Shown one piece after another: positions 18,595 to 26,867 of a stretch of 64,000 nt of DNA (position 1 is the stretch's first letter; each line of letters opens with the position of its first letter). The stretch is from Patescibacteria group bacterium (GTDB lineage: Bacteria > Patescibacteriota > Patescibacteriia > Buchananbacterales > SURF-54), in the NCBI GenBank assembly GCA_018818885.1, contig JAHIRB010000040.1, forward strand, positions 32,985 to 96,984. The letters run 5' to 3'. The notes under the pieces were generated by a model. The model was not told where the DNA came from, ran no database searches, and saw nothing but the letters and a program-made list of their open reading frames with translations. Both the position numbers and the translations under genes were made by a program.

Positions 18595-19014
18595 ATGAAA
18601 ATCTATAAAACAAAGACAGACAAACTAACTGGCACGGACTTTCATGAAGTCAACCAAAAAGCTTCCGTTCTATATCAAAAAATTAAAAGAAAATCAAAAA
18701 GACGACCTTATGTACGGTCGACCTACTTTAATAAAGACAAAGTATTCCTTGGACTATTTTGGCAACACTTATTTGATAAACCAAATTGGCGAGATAGAGT
18801 CAGGCGATTGAAATATTTCCCGTGCGCCATAGAACTTATAAAAAATACAAAATTTGAACCTATATCTAAAGAAAATCCAAATAAACAAGCGGAGATATTA
18901 CACCGTTTTGCTGGAGCAACTAAAGCCAATGATTTATTTTTTGTTCAAATAAGAGAAAAAAAGAAAAATGGACAAAAATGGCTGATGTCAGTATTTCCTG
19001 CCGATGATAAATAA
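18595..19014 (+). CDS. Basic hypothetical protein, possible BECR/RelE-like RNase
   Basis: 139 aa; FWQHL...RRLKYF...HRF...FFVQI...LMSVFP layout; fold is inferred. Confidence 0.6.
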   Translation: MKIYKTKTDKLTGTDFHEVNQKASVLYQKIKRKSKRRPYVRSTYFNKDKVFLGLFWQHLFDKPNWRDRVRRLKYFPCAIELIKNTKFEPISKENPNKQAEILHRFAGATKANDLFFVQIREKKKNGQKWLMSVFPADDK

Positions 19015-19024
19015 CGCCCTAAAT

Positions 19025-19080
19025 AGAAAAAGACCATCCGCTAAGTGTGGTATATAAACCACGGCCGAGAGCCTTTTTCA
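19025..19080 (-). ncRNA. Candidate small structured RNA convergent on 18595-19014
   Basis: TTGACA(19114-19109)-17-TAAGAT(19091-19086); outer stem GAAAAAGGC/GTCTTTTTC, inner GTGGT/ACCAC; no ORF. Confidence 0.5.
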
Positions 19081-19210
19081 TTAATATCTTAGCATATTAA
19101 AAAAATGCTGTCAAGTGTTTTTCGGTAAACTTAGCTGAAATTAGCTTTCATACAGATCTACATAATACTCAATTAACAAGGATTATCCACAGTTTATGTT
19201 AAATTATTTA

Positions 19211-19260
19211 TGAAAACCTCCTACACAAAACCAAACAAAAAATTCTGGGAAGTGATGGTT
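19211..19260 (+). repeat. Direct repeat copy 3 (50 bp)
   Basis: TGAAAACCTCCTACACAAAACCAAACAAAAAATTCTGGGAAGTGATGGTT. Confidence 0.9.
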
Positions 19261-19287
19261 CAAAATAGTAAATATAATTATTAACAC

Positions 19288-19316
19288 TTGACAATATTAA
19301 CGTAACGCGTTATTAT
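19288..19316 (+). promoter_or_regulatory. higBA promoter with palindromic operator TAACG-N5-CGTTA
   Basis: TTGACA-17-TATTAT; inverted repeat 19298-19312 in spacer/-10. Confidence 0.7.
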
Positions 19317-19324
19317 AACACTAT

Positions 19325-19606
19325 ATGATTAAAAGCTTCGCCAGCAAAGAAACACAAAAACTGCATGAAAGACAATATTCTCGTAAATTACCTCAACTAA
19401 TCCAAAAAATAGCGATGAGAAAATTGTGGATGATTGATGCCTCTATATCACTGGGTGATCTTAGAATACCGCCATCTAATCATCTAGAAAAGCTATCTGG
19501 AAAAAGAAAAGGGCAGTATAGCATACGTATTAATGAAAAGTGGCGAATTTGCTTTAAATGGCATAAAAACGATGCTTATGATGTAAAGATAATTGACTAT
19601 CATTAA
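19325..19606 (+). CDS. higB: HigB toxin (RelE family)
   Basis: MIKSF, LRIPPSNHLEKL, YSIRINEKWRICF, IDYH. Confidence 0.95.
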   Translation: MIKSFASKETQKLHERQYSRKLPQLIQKIAMRKLWMIDASISLGDLRIPPSNHLEKLSGKRKGQYSIRINEKWRICFKWHKNDAYDVKIIDYH

Positions 19607-19624
19607 TAATTCAACTATAAAACT

Positions 19625-19927
19625 ATGACTAAAAAAATAAATCCAATACACCCTGGGGAGATTCTAAGAGAAGAATTTTTAGAACCGCTTGAAATCACTG
19701 AGTATCGCTTAGCCAAAGATATTTCCGTGGCTCCTATAAGAGTAAACGAAATTACACATGGTACAAGAGCAATTACAGCAGATACAGCTCTTAGACTGGG
19801 TAAATTTTTTGGCACTTCACCGCAGTTTTGGTTAAACTTGCAGTCTCGCTATGAACTGGAAAAACAAGCAGATAAATTAGCTGATACGCTACAATACAAA
19901 GTCAAGACTTTAGCGGGTACAGTTTAA
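19625..19927 (+). CDS. higA: HigA antitoxin (HTH-XRE)
   Basis: IHPGEILREEFL, ITADTALRL, FWLNLQ. Confidence 0.95.
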   Translation: MTKKINPIHPGEILREEFLEPLEITEYRLAKDISVAPIRVNEITHGTRAITADTALRLGKFFGTSPQFWLNLQSRYELEKQADKLADTLQYKVKTLAGTV

Positions 19928-20001
19928 TATTGTCTAAAAATGCTCTTTACAACAAATACTTTTAGGAGGTACACAAAAACTAAAAACCGAGGAGGTGAAG
20001 C

Positions 20002-20310
20002 ATGAGTAATCTAGATAGATTCGCTACAATCGATCGATGCTTGGAACAAATGAGAGCTGACGAAGCAAAAAGAGGGTTTATGCGCCTTTTACATACCCAC
20101 AAAAGAGGAGAAAGCTTCACCCTAACCTTGCTTAAATACCTCGACAGCTTTGTGCTGTCCTGGCATCGCCTCTGGATAAGGCGGGACGAGTTTCACAAAT
20201 CGCTGGGGATAAACCCCATGGCATGTTACCGCATGAACAGACATCAACTCCGTTGCTTCGAACATGACTTATCCTGGCGCAGAGATATCGCGCACTGGAG
20301 GACTATCTGA
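20002..20310 (+). CDS. Orphan protein, 102 aa, Arg/His-rich
   Basis: GAGGAGGTG SD; hairpin GGGGAAAAC/GTTTTCCCC at 20339-20361 downstream. Confidence 0.72.
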   Translation: MSNLDRFATIDRCLEQMRADEAKRGFMRLLHTHKRGESFTLTLLKYLDSFVLSWHRLWIRRDEFHKSLGINPMACYRMNRHQLRCFEHDLSWRRDIAHWRTI

Positions 20311-20401
20311 CGAAAAAGCTTCCAAAGAGGAGGGGAAAGGGGAAAACGAAAAGTTTTCCCCGCTTCCTAAAAGTATTTGTTTAAACTTAAAAAATAATTT
20401 T

Positions 20402-20872
20402 ATGAAAAAAGTAATCTACCCAATTATAGCTATATTTATTTTAGCTATTCTCGCATTTGGTTGGTATATAACACAAGACAAACAACCAACAACTAATCAA
20501 AACATAAACAGCAACCAGGCAATTTCTGACGAAACATCTAAAATTCCTTCTCCTAACTGTAAGGTGGAAGGGACGATCAAGAACATTGAGTTCAAAGAAG
20601 CCTGGAAACACCCCTGTCTAGACCCTGAGACAGGGAACCCTTTTGCCTGTCCAACTGATGTTTTGCTCGGAGATGAAGCCCAATATATTTTGACTGTAGA
20701 TATTTCAGCTTCCCAATGTAATGATTTATTACCACAAAACTCAACACAAAATATTTCCATTGCACAAGTATTAGTATCTGATGATACTAAATTACAAAAT
20801 AACCAAAAAATATCGGGAGAAACAAAAACCCGTGGTAAACACTACTTTATTACATACACACTTGATGAATAA
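20402..20872 (+). CDS. Membrane-anchored extracytoplasmic hypothetical protein
   Basis: Likely start MKKVIYPII with N-terminal TM; four Cys. Confidence 0.75.
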   Translation: MKKVIYPIIAIFILAILAFGWYITQDKQPTTNQNINSNQAISDETSKIPSPNCKVEGTIKNIEFKEAWKHPCLDPETGNPFACPTDVLLGDEAQYILTVDISASQCNDLLPQNSTQNISIAQVLVSDDTKLQNNQKISGETKTRGKHYFITYTLDE

Positions 20873-21287
20873 AATTGATATATCAAAATTTACCACCTTT
20901 CACAATAGCGCTGGTGGAGTAGTAATCAATCCTAATGGACAAATCGCTGTTGTTCAAATGGATTCCCGTGATTGGAGTTTTCCAAAAGGTCATGTTGACA
21001 AAGGAGAAACAACAATACAAGCAGCTAAAAGAGAGATATATGAAGAAACTGGTATTAAATATTTAAAACTGATTAAAGAATATCCAACATACCAGAGGCC
21101 TGACGGATCAAATCCTAAAGAGCTGAAAACAATCAACTTGTTTTTATTTAGCACAAAAGAAACGGAACTAAAACCACAAGAGTCTGATATTGTACAAGCT
21201 ATTTGGGTAGAGAAAGATAAGGTGATTGAAACGCTTTCACATCAAGGAGACAAAGATTTTTTTAATAGTATTAAAAACGAAATATAA
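20865..21287 (+). CDS. NUDIX hydrolase
   Basis: PKGHVDKGETTIQAAKREIYEETG Nudix box. Confidence 0.92.
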   Translation: MNKIDISKFTTFHNSAGGVVINPNGQIAVVQMDSRDWSFPKGHVDKGETTIQAAKREIYEETGIKYLKLIKEYPTYQRPDGSNPKELKTINLFLFSTKETELKPQESDIVQAIWVEKDKVIETLSHQGDKDFFNSIKNEI

Positions 21288-21288
21288 T

Positions 21289-21696
21289 ATGGAACCAAAA
21301 CTTATCATAATCGGTTTCGTACTTGTCATAATTATTGTAGCATCATCTAGTTGGGTATTGATTAAAAGTGTAATGCCGACAACAATTCCTTATTTTTCCT
21401 GCCAACTTGATACTGACTGTCCAACAAGCGAAAAATGCCAGGCAAATAAATGTATAAGTGTTGGCTGTATTGGAATAGGCGGAACAATTCCGGGTGCTAT
21501 TTCTCCTCAATATAGAGAGCACATGTCAGTCCAATGTTGTCCAGGTTTAATACAAATTGACTGGCCATCTAACTATGATACTGATTGTAACCTGCGACAA
21601 TTAGCTGGTGCACCAGCAGGAACTTGTACAAATTGCGGTGACGGAAACTGCACAGGTATGGAAACAAAATGCAACTGTCCATTTGATTGTAGATAA
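21289..21696 (+). CDS. Membrane-anchored Cys-rich protein (14 Cys)
   Basis: N-terminal TM; CGDGNC...E...CPFDC motif. Confidence 0.8.
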   Translation: MEPKLIIIGFVLVIIIVASSSWVLIKSVMPTTIPYFSCQLDTDCPTSEKCQANKCISVGCIGIGGTIPGAISPQYREHMSVQCCPGLIQIDWPSNYDTDCNLRQLAGAPAGTCTNCGDGNCTGMETKCNCPFDCR

Positions 21697-21710
21697 AAAA
21701 ATAATACAAT

Positions 21711-22079
21711 ATGTCAAAAAATTATACAGGTGTAATAATTGAACAAAGCCTTAAGAAAAAATTAATTCTTCAAAAGCTTAAAATCATAAAGACCAAGATA
21801 GTAAAGGTGACAAAAAAACATCAAACTCCGTGGATAAAACAATGGACTATGCATACTGTAGAAATATTAAATAATGATGCAGAAAAAATAGCAAGAGAAG
21901 TTAGCGAGTCATTAGATTCTGAACATGACTGGTACGCTGATTTCGAAAACAATAAATTTCACTATATTATTTTTTATAAAAAGGTATTTAAAGTTGATAT
22001 ACTAAATAAAAAGCAATACGTTAAAGTTATAAAGTACGGCATTTCTTTGGGAATTCCAGACTATCAGCTTGAATTTTAA
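21711..22079 (+). CDS. Hypothetical protein
   Basis: 122-aa ORF; WYADF, GIPDYQL. Confidence 0.75.
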   Translation: MSKNYTGVIIEQSLKKKLILQKLKIIKTKIVKVTKKHQTPWIKQWTMHTVEILNNDAEKIAREVSESLDSEHDWYADFENNKFHYIIFYKKVFKVDILNKKQYVKVIKYGISLGIPDYQLEF

Positions 22080-22142
22080 AAATTCATGAATTGTAGATAA
22101 AGTCCCTAGAAAAACCCATTATTTTATGCTATAATGTTAATA

Positions 22143-23402
22143 ATGGAAAAAATAAACAAAAATAAAAAAAGCATTTTTCTTTTTGGAATAGTAGTGATTC
22201 TTACTACTATTTTTTTTGTTGGACAAAACTTCTATGCACTTAGCGCAGAGCCAGAATACAATTTTGATGAAGAAATATTCGAAGAATACGATACAGAAAT
22301 TGACGCCCGCAAAGAAAAAATTGACCAAATCAAAGAAGAAATTGAACAATACAATCAACAAATCGCTCAAAAACAATCAGAAGGAGTTACACTAAAAAAC
22401 CAACTCGCAATTTTAGATAACGAAATTACAAAAATTAAACTTGATATCAAAAAAACTCAAATTGAAATAGAAAAACTTAGCTTAGAAATAAAACGCGTAG
22501 AAAGACAAATCGAGCAAGCCCAAAATCAAATTGATGAGCAAAAAGACTATTTAGCGGAATACATACGGATAACCTATCAAAACGACCAAAGAAGCTATCT
22601 AGAAGTTTTATTAATGAACAATGACTTTAGTGAATTTTTTGATCAAATCGAATATTTATTTCAAATTCAAAATGATCTTCAAAATACTTTAAACAATGTT
22701 CAAGAGCTACAATCATTATTAGAAGGAAGTAAAACTGAAATGGAAGGCAAAAAACTAGAAAACGAAAGTTTATTTGAGGAACTAACAAACCAACAAAATG
22801 ATTTAGATGAGCGGGCTGGAGCCAAAGAAAGCATTCTAATTAAAACAAAATCATCAGAAGCAGAATTTAAAAATTTAGTACGAAAATTACAAGCAGAACA
22901 AAACCAAATTAATGCAGAAATTAGCACCTTAGAACGCCAAATTAGAGAAGAACTAGCCAAACGAGAAGCCTTTGAACGTTTTAAAAGTTTTGGCCCAGCA
23001 AAATTTATCTGGCCAACTCCTGGTCAATACATAACTGCATATTTTCACGATCCAGATTATCCTTACCGATATATTTTTGAACACCCTGCCATTGATATCA
23101 GAGCAGGGCAGGGGACATCTATCCGCGCAGCTGAGTCTGGATATGTTGCGCGTGCCAAAGACGCTGGAATGGGTTATAGCTATATTATGATTGTACATAA
23201 CGATGGCTTTTCTACAGTCTACGGTCATGTTTCAAAAATTTATGTTTCAGAAGATGTCTATGTTAACCAAGGAGAAATTATTGGACTTTCGGGTGGTGCA
23301 CCTGGTACACCTGGCGCTGGTAATCTAACGTCGGGACCCCACTTACATTTTGAAGTAAGACTAAATGGTATACCCGTTAATCCACTAGAGTATTTACCAT
23401 AA
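22143..23402 (+). CDS. Coiled-coil M23 peptidase (EnvC/CwlO-like)
   Basis: Long coiled coil; HPAID, YGH, GPHLHFEVR, VNP. Confidence 0.9.
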   Translation: MEKINKNKKSIFLFGIVVILTTIFFVGQNFYALSAEPEYNFDEEIFEEYDTEIDARKEKIDQIKEEIEQYNQQIAQKQSEGVTLKNQLAILDNEITKIKLDIKKTQIEIEKLSLEIKRVERQIEQAQNQIDEQKDYLAEYIRITYQNDQRSYLEVLLMNNDFSEFFDQIEYLFQIQNDLQNTLNNVQELQSLLEGSKTEMEGKKLENESLFEELTNQQNDLDERAGAKESILIKTKSSEAEFKNLVRKLQAEQNQINAEISTLERQIREELAKREAFERFKSFGPAKFIWPTPGQYITAYFHDPDYPYRYIFEHPAIDIRAGQGTSIRAAESGYVARAKDAGMGYSYIMIVHNDGFSTVYGHVSKIYVSEDVYVNQGEIIGLSGGAPGTPGAGNLTSGPHLHFEVRLNGIPVNPLEYLP

Positions 23403-23491
23403 ACTAAGCGATATAGCAATAGAGTTATAAAGCGATAGTCAAGACAGCTTTTATCACTTCCATCACATACCACTTCATTAAATGAAAATCC

Positions 23492-23920
23492 ATGGACAAC
23501 ACAAAAGATTACATTTTAAGCAGTATTAAAGAATTTATTATTTTAGCCTTATGGATTGTTTTTTTTGTTTTTTTAGCAATCTATATAAAGTATTATAAAA
23601 ATATTGATGATCTTGCTACTTTGATTATAAAATTTATCGCCCCGCTAGCAATTTTTATTTTCGGAGCTGCAAAGGCAACAAGTAGAGGAATGCGAACCAC
23701 TAGAAGACTACGTGAAAAAGGTGAAGGCAAGGGAGAATTTTCAGTCACCCTAACTTATATAGATAAATGGCGTCATGACTTAACTGCATATGTTACCGCT
23801 TTAGTTATTTTAGTCATCCCATATTTTTTTGACACCGAATATTCTTGGGCTTACGTATTAGCAGCTTGTTTTTCCTTCTTGGCTATTTGGTGGCTAAGGA
23901 TGTTTTATTTTAAAGATTAA
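23492..23920 (+). CDS. Hypothetical membrane protein (about 4 TM)
   Basis: Hydrophobic segments. Confidence 0.75.
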   Translation: MDNTKDYILSSIKEFIILALWIVFFVFLAIYIKYYKNIDDLATLIIKFIAPLAIFIFGAAKATSRGMRTTRRLREKGEGKGEFSVTLTYIDKWRHDLTAYVTALVILVIPYFFDTEYSWAYVLAACFSFLAIWWLRMFYFKD

Positions 23921-24010
23921 AATTAATTGTGCATAAAAAAAACGAGGTCTAAAAAACCTCTTTTTTGTTTTTTGATATTAAAAATCTTATAATTTCACGG
24001 CGTGCCACAA

Positions 24011-25003
24011 TCAAATTTCGAGATCTGGTATATCTGGCATATCTTCTTTGCCCCGTATAATATTAATCTGTTCTAACGATAAGCCAGGAGTATCATTAAC
24101 TGGTTTTCGCATTTTTTTACCTGTTTTAATATCAATCATATCGCTTTCTTTTGTGTTGGGTTGAGATCCAGATCCATCATGTAAAATATCGTCAATAATT
24201 TGTCTGTCTGTTTTCGTATCATTTAAATCTCTATTACCATCAATATTTCTTGCAGTTACCAAAAATTCGATTCGCTTATCAACAAGCCCCAATGCATCTA
24301 CTCCACCTTTATTGGCCTGTACTTTTTTTTCTAATGATGTTTTTAACGATTTCAACTCCTTCATGTTCATATTAGATATTTGAGACCTTGTTGGGTCGTC
24401 ACCGCCCTCTAACTCATTAATTCGGTTCTTGACGTCTCTTGCTGTATCTAGACTATTCGTTGTTTTTAACATACCTTCTAATTCTTTAACGTTATGAATT
24501 TTTGAAATTTCATAAGATGTTAAAGAATCAACCTCATTTTTTGCTACTTGTGACGGTTGCTTTGCACTTATTATTTTTTCTATATCTCGTTTTTGATCTA
24601 AACTTTTTTCAGATTTTTTTAATTCTTCTAATTCTTTAACATTCATCTTGCGTAAATTATCGATACTAACTATTTTTCCACCAGTCTGTTTGACAGCCTG
24701 ACCTTGAGACTGAGCTTGAGTAGTAGAGCCTGACCTCCGAAAAAAAGTCCTTTCCTTTGTTCTTAAACTTCTTTCTCCTAAACCACGCTTAAGATGTCCG
24801 GTTTTCTTTAAAATTTTTTCTGCTTGTCTAACGTCTTTTTGATTCCATTTTCTTTTATCAGGGTTTACACCTTCAGCTTTGAGCGCCCTTCTTGCATCTT
24901 TAGTAAAACCACGTTCAGACGATACGTCCGCTTTACTAATCTTACTAAAAAAATTGCGCACGGATTTTCTTGACTCATAACCATAAATATTTTTCATAAC
25001 CAT
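24011..25003 (-). CDS. Hypothetical charged protein with three internal NxKEL repeats
   Basis: 330-aa ORF, TATAAT 6 nt before ATG. Confidence 0.75.
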   Translation of the reverse strand: MVMKNIYGYESRKSVRNFFSKISKADVSSERGFTKDARRALKAEGVNPDKRKWNQKDVRQAEKILKKTGHLKRGLGERSLRTKERTFFRRSGSTTQAQSQGQAVKQTGGKIVSIDNLRKMNVKELEELKKSEKSLDQKRDIEKIISAKQPSQVAKNEVDSLTSYEISKIHNVKELEGMLKTTNSLDTARDVKNRINELEGGDDPTRSQISNMNMKELKSLKTSLEKKVQANKGGVDALGLVDKRIEFLVTARNIDGNRDLNDTKTDRQIIDDILHDGSGSQPNTKESDMIDIKTGKKMRKPVNDTPGLSLEQINIIRGKEDMPDIPDLEI

Positions 25004-25059
25004 ATATTCTTATTATATCATAAAAAGAAGGTTAGATTAACTTATCCACACCAAAAGAC

Positions 25060-25088
25060 TTGACTTTCGGTTTTCTTTCGGTTATACT
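25060..25088 (+). promoter_or_regulatory. lexA promoter with TTCGG-N6-TTCGG direct repeat (putative LexA box)
   Basis: TTGACT-17-TATACT; repeat at 25066-25081 fills spacer. Confidence 0.75.
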
Positions 25089-25095
25089 TATATAT

Positions 25096-25710
25096 ATGGC
25101 TAAACTAAGCAAAAAACAAAAGAATATTTTAGATTATATTTCTCAGTATATAGCAGAGCAGGGGGTTTCACCTTCGTACTTAGAAATTGGTGAAAATTTT
25201 GGTTTGTCTTCACCTGCAACAATACATCAACATATTCAAGCTCTAAAAGAAAAAGGATACATCAAAACTAACTTTAACGAAAAAAGATCTATCGAACTTA
25301 CTAAAAAAGTAATGAAAATGGAAAACGCGATATCTTTACCTCTAGCGGGTTTAATTGCTGCGGGAGAACCAATCGAGGCTGTTCAAGATAACGAAACAAT
25401 AGGAGTACCTGCTAATCTAGTTACTGATATTGCTAATTCTTATGTTCTACAAGTTAAAGGCAGATCTATGATAGAAGAAGGAATTTTGGATGGTGATTAT
25501 GTAGTGATAGAACGAAACCCAAGCCCAAAAAACGGTGACGTAGTAGTAGCACTGCTTGATAACGCATATGCAACACTAAAAAAGTTTTATCGTGAAAAAA
25601 ATAAAATCCGACTGCAACCAGCCAATTCTACAATGAAACCAATCTATGTTAAAGATCCATTGATTCAAGGGATAGTAAAAGCAGTTATCAGACGATATAA
25701 AACAGTGTAA
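25096..25710 (+). CDS. lexA: LexA repressor
   Basis: PSYLEI HTH, IAAG cleavage site, GRSM Ser, TLKK Lys. Confidence 0.96.
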   Translation: MAKLSKKQKNILDYISQYIAEQGVSPSYLEIGENFGLSSPATIHQHIQALKEKGYIKTNFNEKRSIELTKKVMKMENAISLPLAGLIAAGEPIEAVQDNETIGVPANLVTDIANSYVLQVKGRSMIEEGILDGDYVVIERNPSPKNGDVVVALLDNAYATLKKFYREKNKIRLQPANSTMKPIYVKDPLIQGIVKAVIRRYKTV

Positions 25711-25714
25711 AACG

Positions 25715-25784
25715 ATCAGAACCATAAAGGTTCTGATACGCGCTGATATATCACCATGCGCGTAAGCGACCCTTCATGGGTCGC
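25715..25784. repeat. REP doublet (REPIN-like): GTAT-CAGAACC-tttat-GGTTCTG (minus) and GTAA-GCGACCC-ttcat-GGGTCGC (plus)
   Basis: Same layout and loop as the doublet inside the RAYT gene. Confidence 0.8.
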
Positions 25785-26045
25785 GACAAAAAGCAAAAAC
25801 GCCGCTCATACCTCCATACAAGACGACGTTTTGCTGTCCAAGGAATGGACTTTTGAAATTGTTGGAAACCAACAATTTCATCCTGAACGCCAGTGAAGGA
25901 ATTCTTATCAAACCAGTAAGTAAACTCCTCATCTTCACTCAGAATGACATTCTTAGTTTACGCTTACAATAATTATATAATAACTAATGCCAATAGTCTA
26001 TAACTCTTGGTTCCTGAGTTGTAGACTATTGGCAGGGAGAAAAAT

Positions 26046-26183
26046 ATGCCCAAAAGTGTTAAAAAATTTTTGTGGAAACATTATTTCAACCAGATGTTTC
26101 AGAGAAGCTACAAAAAACTTCTTAAGACCAATCGGCTTTACAAAAATAAAATGGTCATGACCCAAAAGAATGCTTTAATATAA
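26046..26183 (+). CDS. Small basic orphan peptide, 45 aa (MPKSVKKFLWKHYFNQMF...)
   Basis: AGGGAG SD directly after a 19-bp hairpin (25988-26034); converges on next ORF. Confidence 0.4.
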   Translation: MPKSVKKFLWKHYFNQMFQRSYKKLLKTNRLYKNKMVMTQKNALI

Positions 26184-26195
26184 CAAAAGGCCCTC

Positions 26196-26426
26196 TTACG
26201 ACGTTGGAGGGCCCGATTGATTTCCACCTTGCTCCTTTATGAATTGTACGTTATCCAGAACGACCGTTAAAACTTTGCTCATACTCTCATCGTATTGATC
26301 GTCAGTCTCATCTGGCTTTTGTTCTCTGGAAAGTACTTCCCATCCTATTCCGGTATCACCTAACGCCTGTACAACCTTATGAGTTTTAGGAAATCTCCTG
26401 GCAAATTCTGCCGATTGAATATCCAT
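26196..26426 (-). CDS. Small orphan protein, 76 aa
   Basis: GAGGAGGG SD; GGCCCTC/GAGGGCC hairpin with U-tract spanning stop. Confidence 0.72.
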   Translation of the reverse strand: MDIQSAEFARRFPKTHKVVQALGDTGIGWEVLSREQKPDETDDQYDESMSKVLTVVLDNVQFIKEQGGNQSGPPTS

Positions 26427-26505
26427 TACTTAACCCTCCTCGCTATATTCTCTTGACAAAATTTCACGTAATCAAATATTAACAAACTGACTATACAAAG
26501 TCAAT

Positions 26506-26754
26506 ATGTATGAAGTCATCGAAGAACCAATCGAAGTGCTTGTTTCGTTCTGCGACACAAAAATTGTGCCTTTGTATTTCAAATGGCGGAACAAAAGGTA
26601 TAAAATCGATAAATTAAATCTACTTCACCACAAACGCGACGGCGAAGGAAAAATTTATTATTTTAACGTAACAGACAAAGCTAATTACTTTAAACTTTCT
26701 TTTTCAACTAATAACTTAGTTTGGAGAATAGAGGAGTTATATTTTGATGGATGA
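26506..26754 (+). CDS. Small beta-rich protein upstream of dinB (DUF6504-like)
   Basis: PLYFKWRNKRY...YYFNV...FKL.F......W pattern; position. Confidence 0.7.
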   Translation: MYEVIEEPIEVLVSFCDTKIVPLYFKWRNKRYKIDKLNLLHHKRDGEGKIYYFNVTDKANYFKLSFSTNNLVWRIEELYFDG

Positions 26755-26867
26755 AATTATACAAAATTCAACAGTAATTATAGTTAATTGTAGAGATTAT
26801 AGTTATTGTAGTTAGCATTTTCTAATCACTCTAATAACTCCAATCTCTACAATCGCTAGCCAACACT

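Noticed and set aside
17919-19990. 50-bp direct repeats as a CRISPR array or integron attC sites
   Set aside because: Spacing is 600-750 bp with genes between, there are no cas genes, and no palindromic RYYYAAC...GTTRRRY structure
25774-25815. GGAGGT-ATG 11-codon minus-strand ORF
   Set aside because: SD abuts the ATG and the ORF lies within a hairpin; probably not translated
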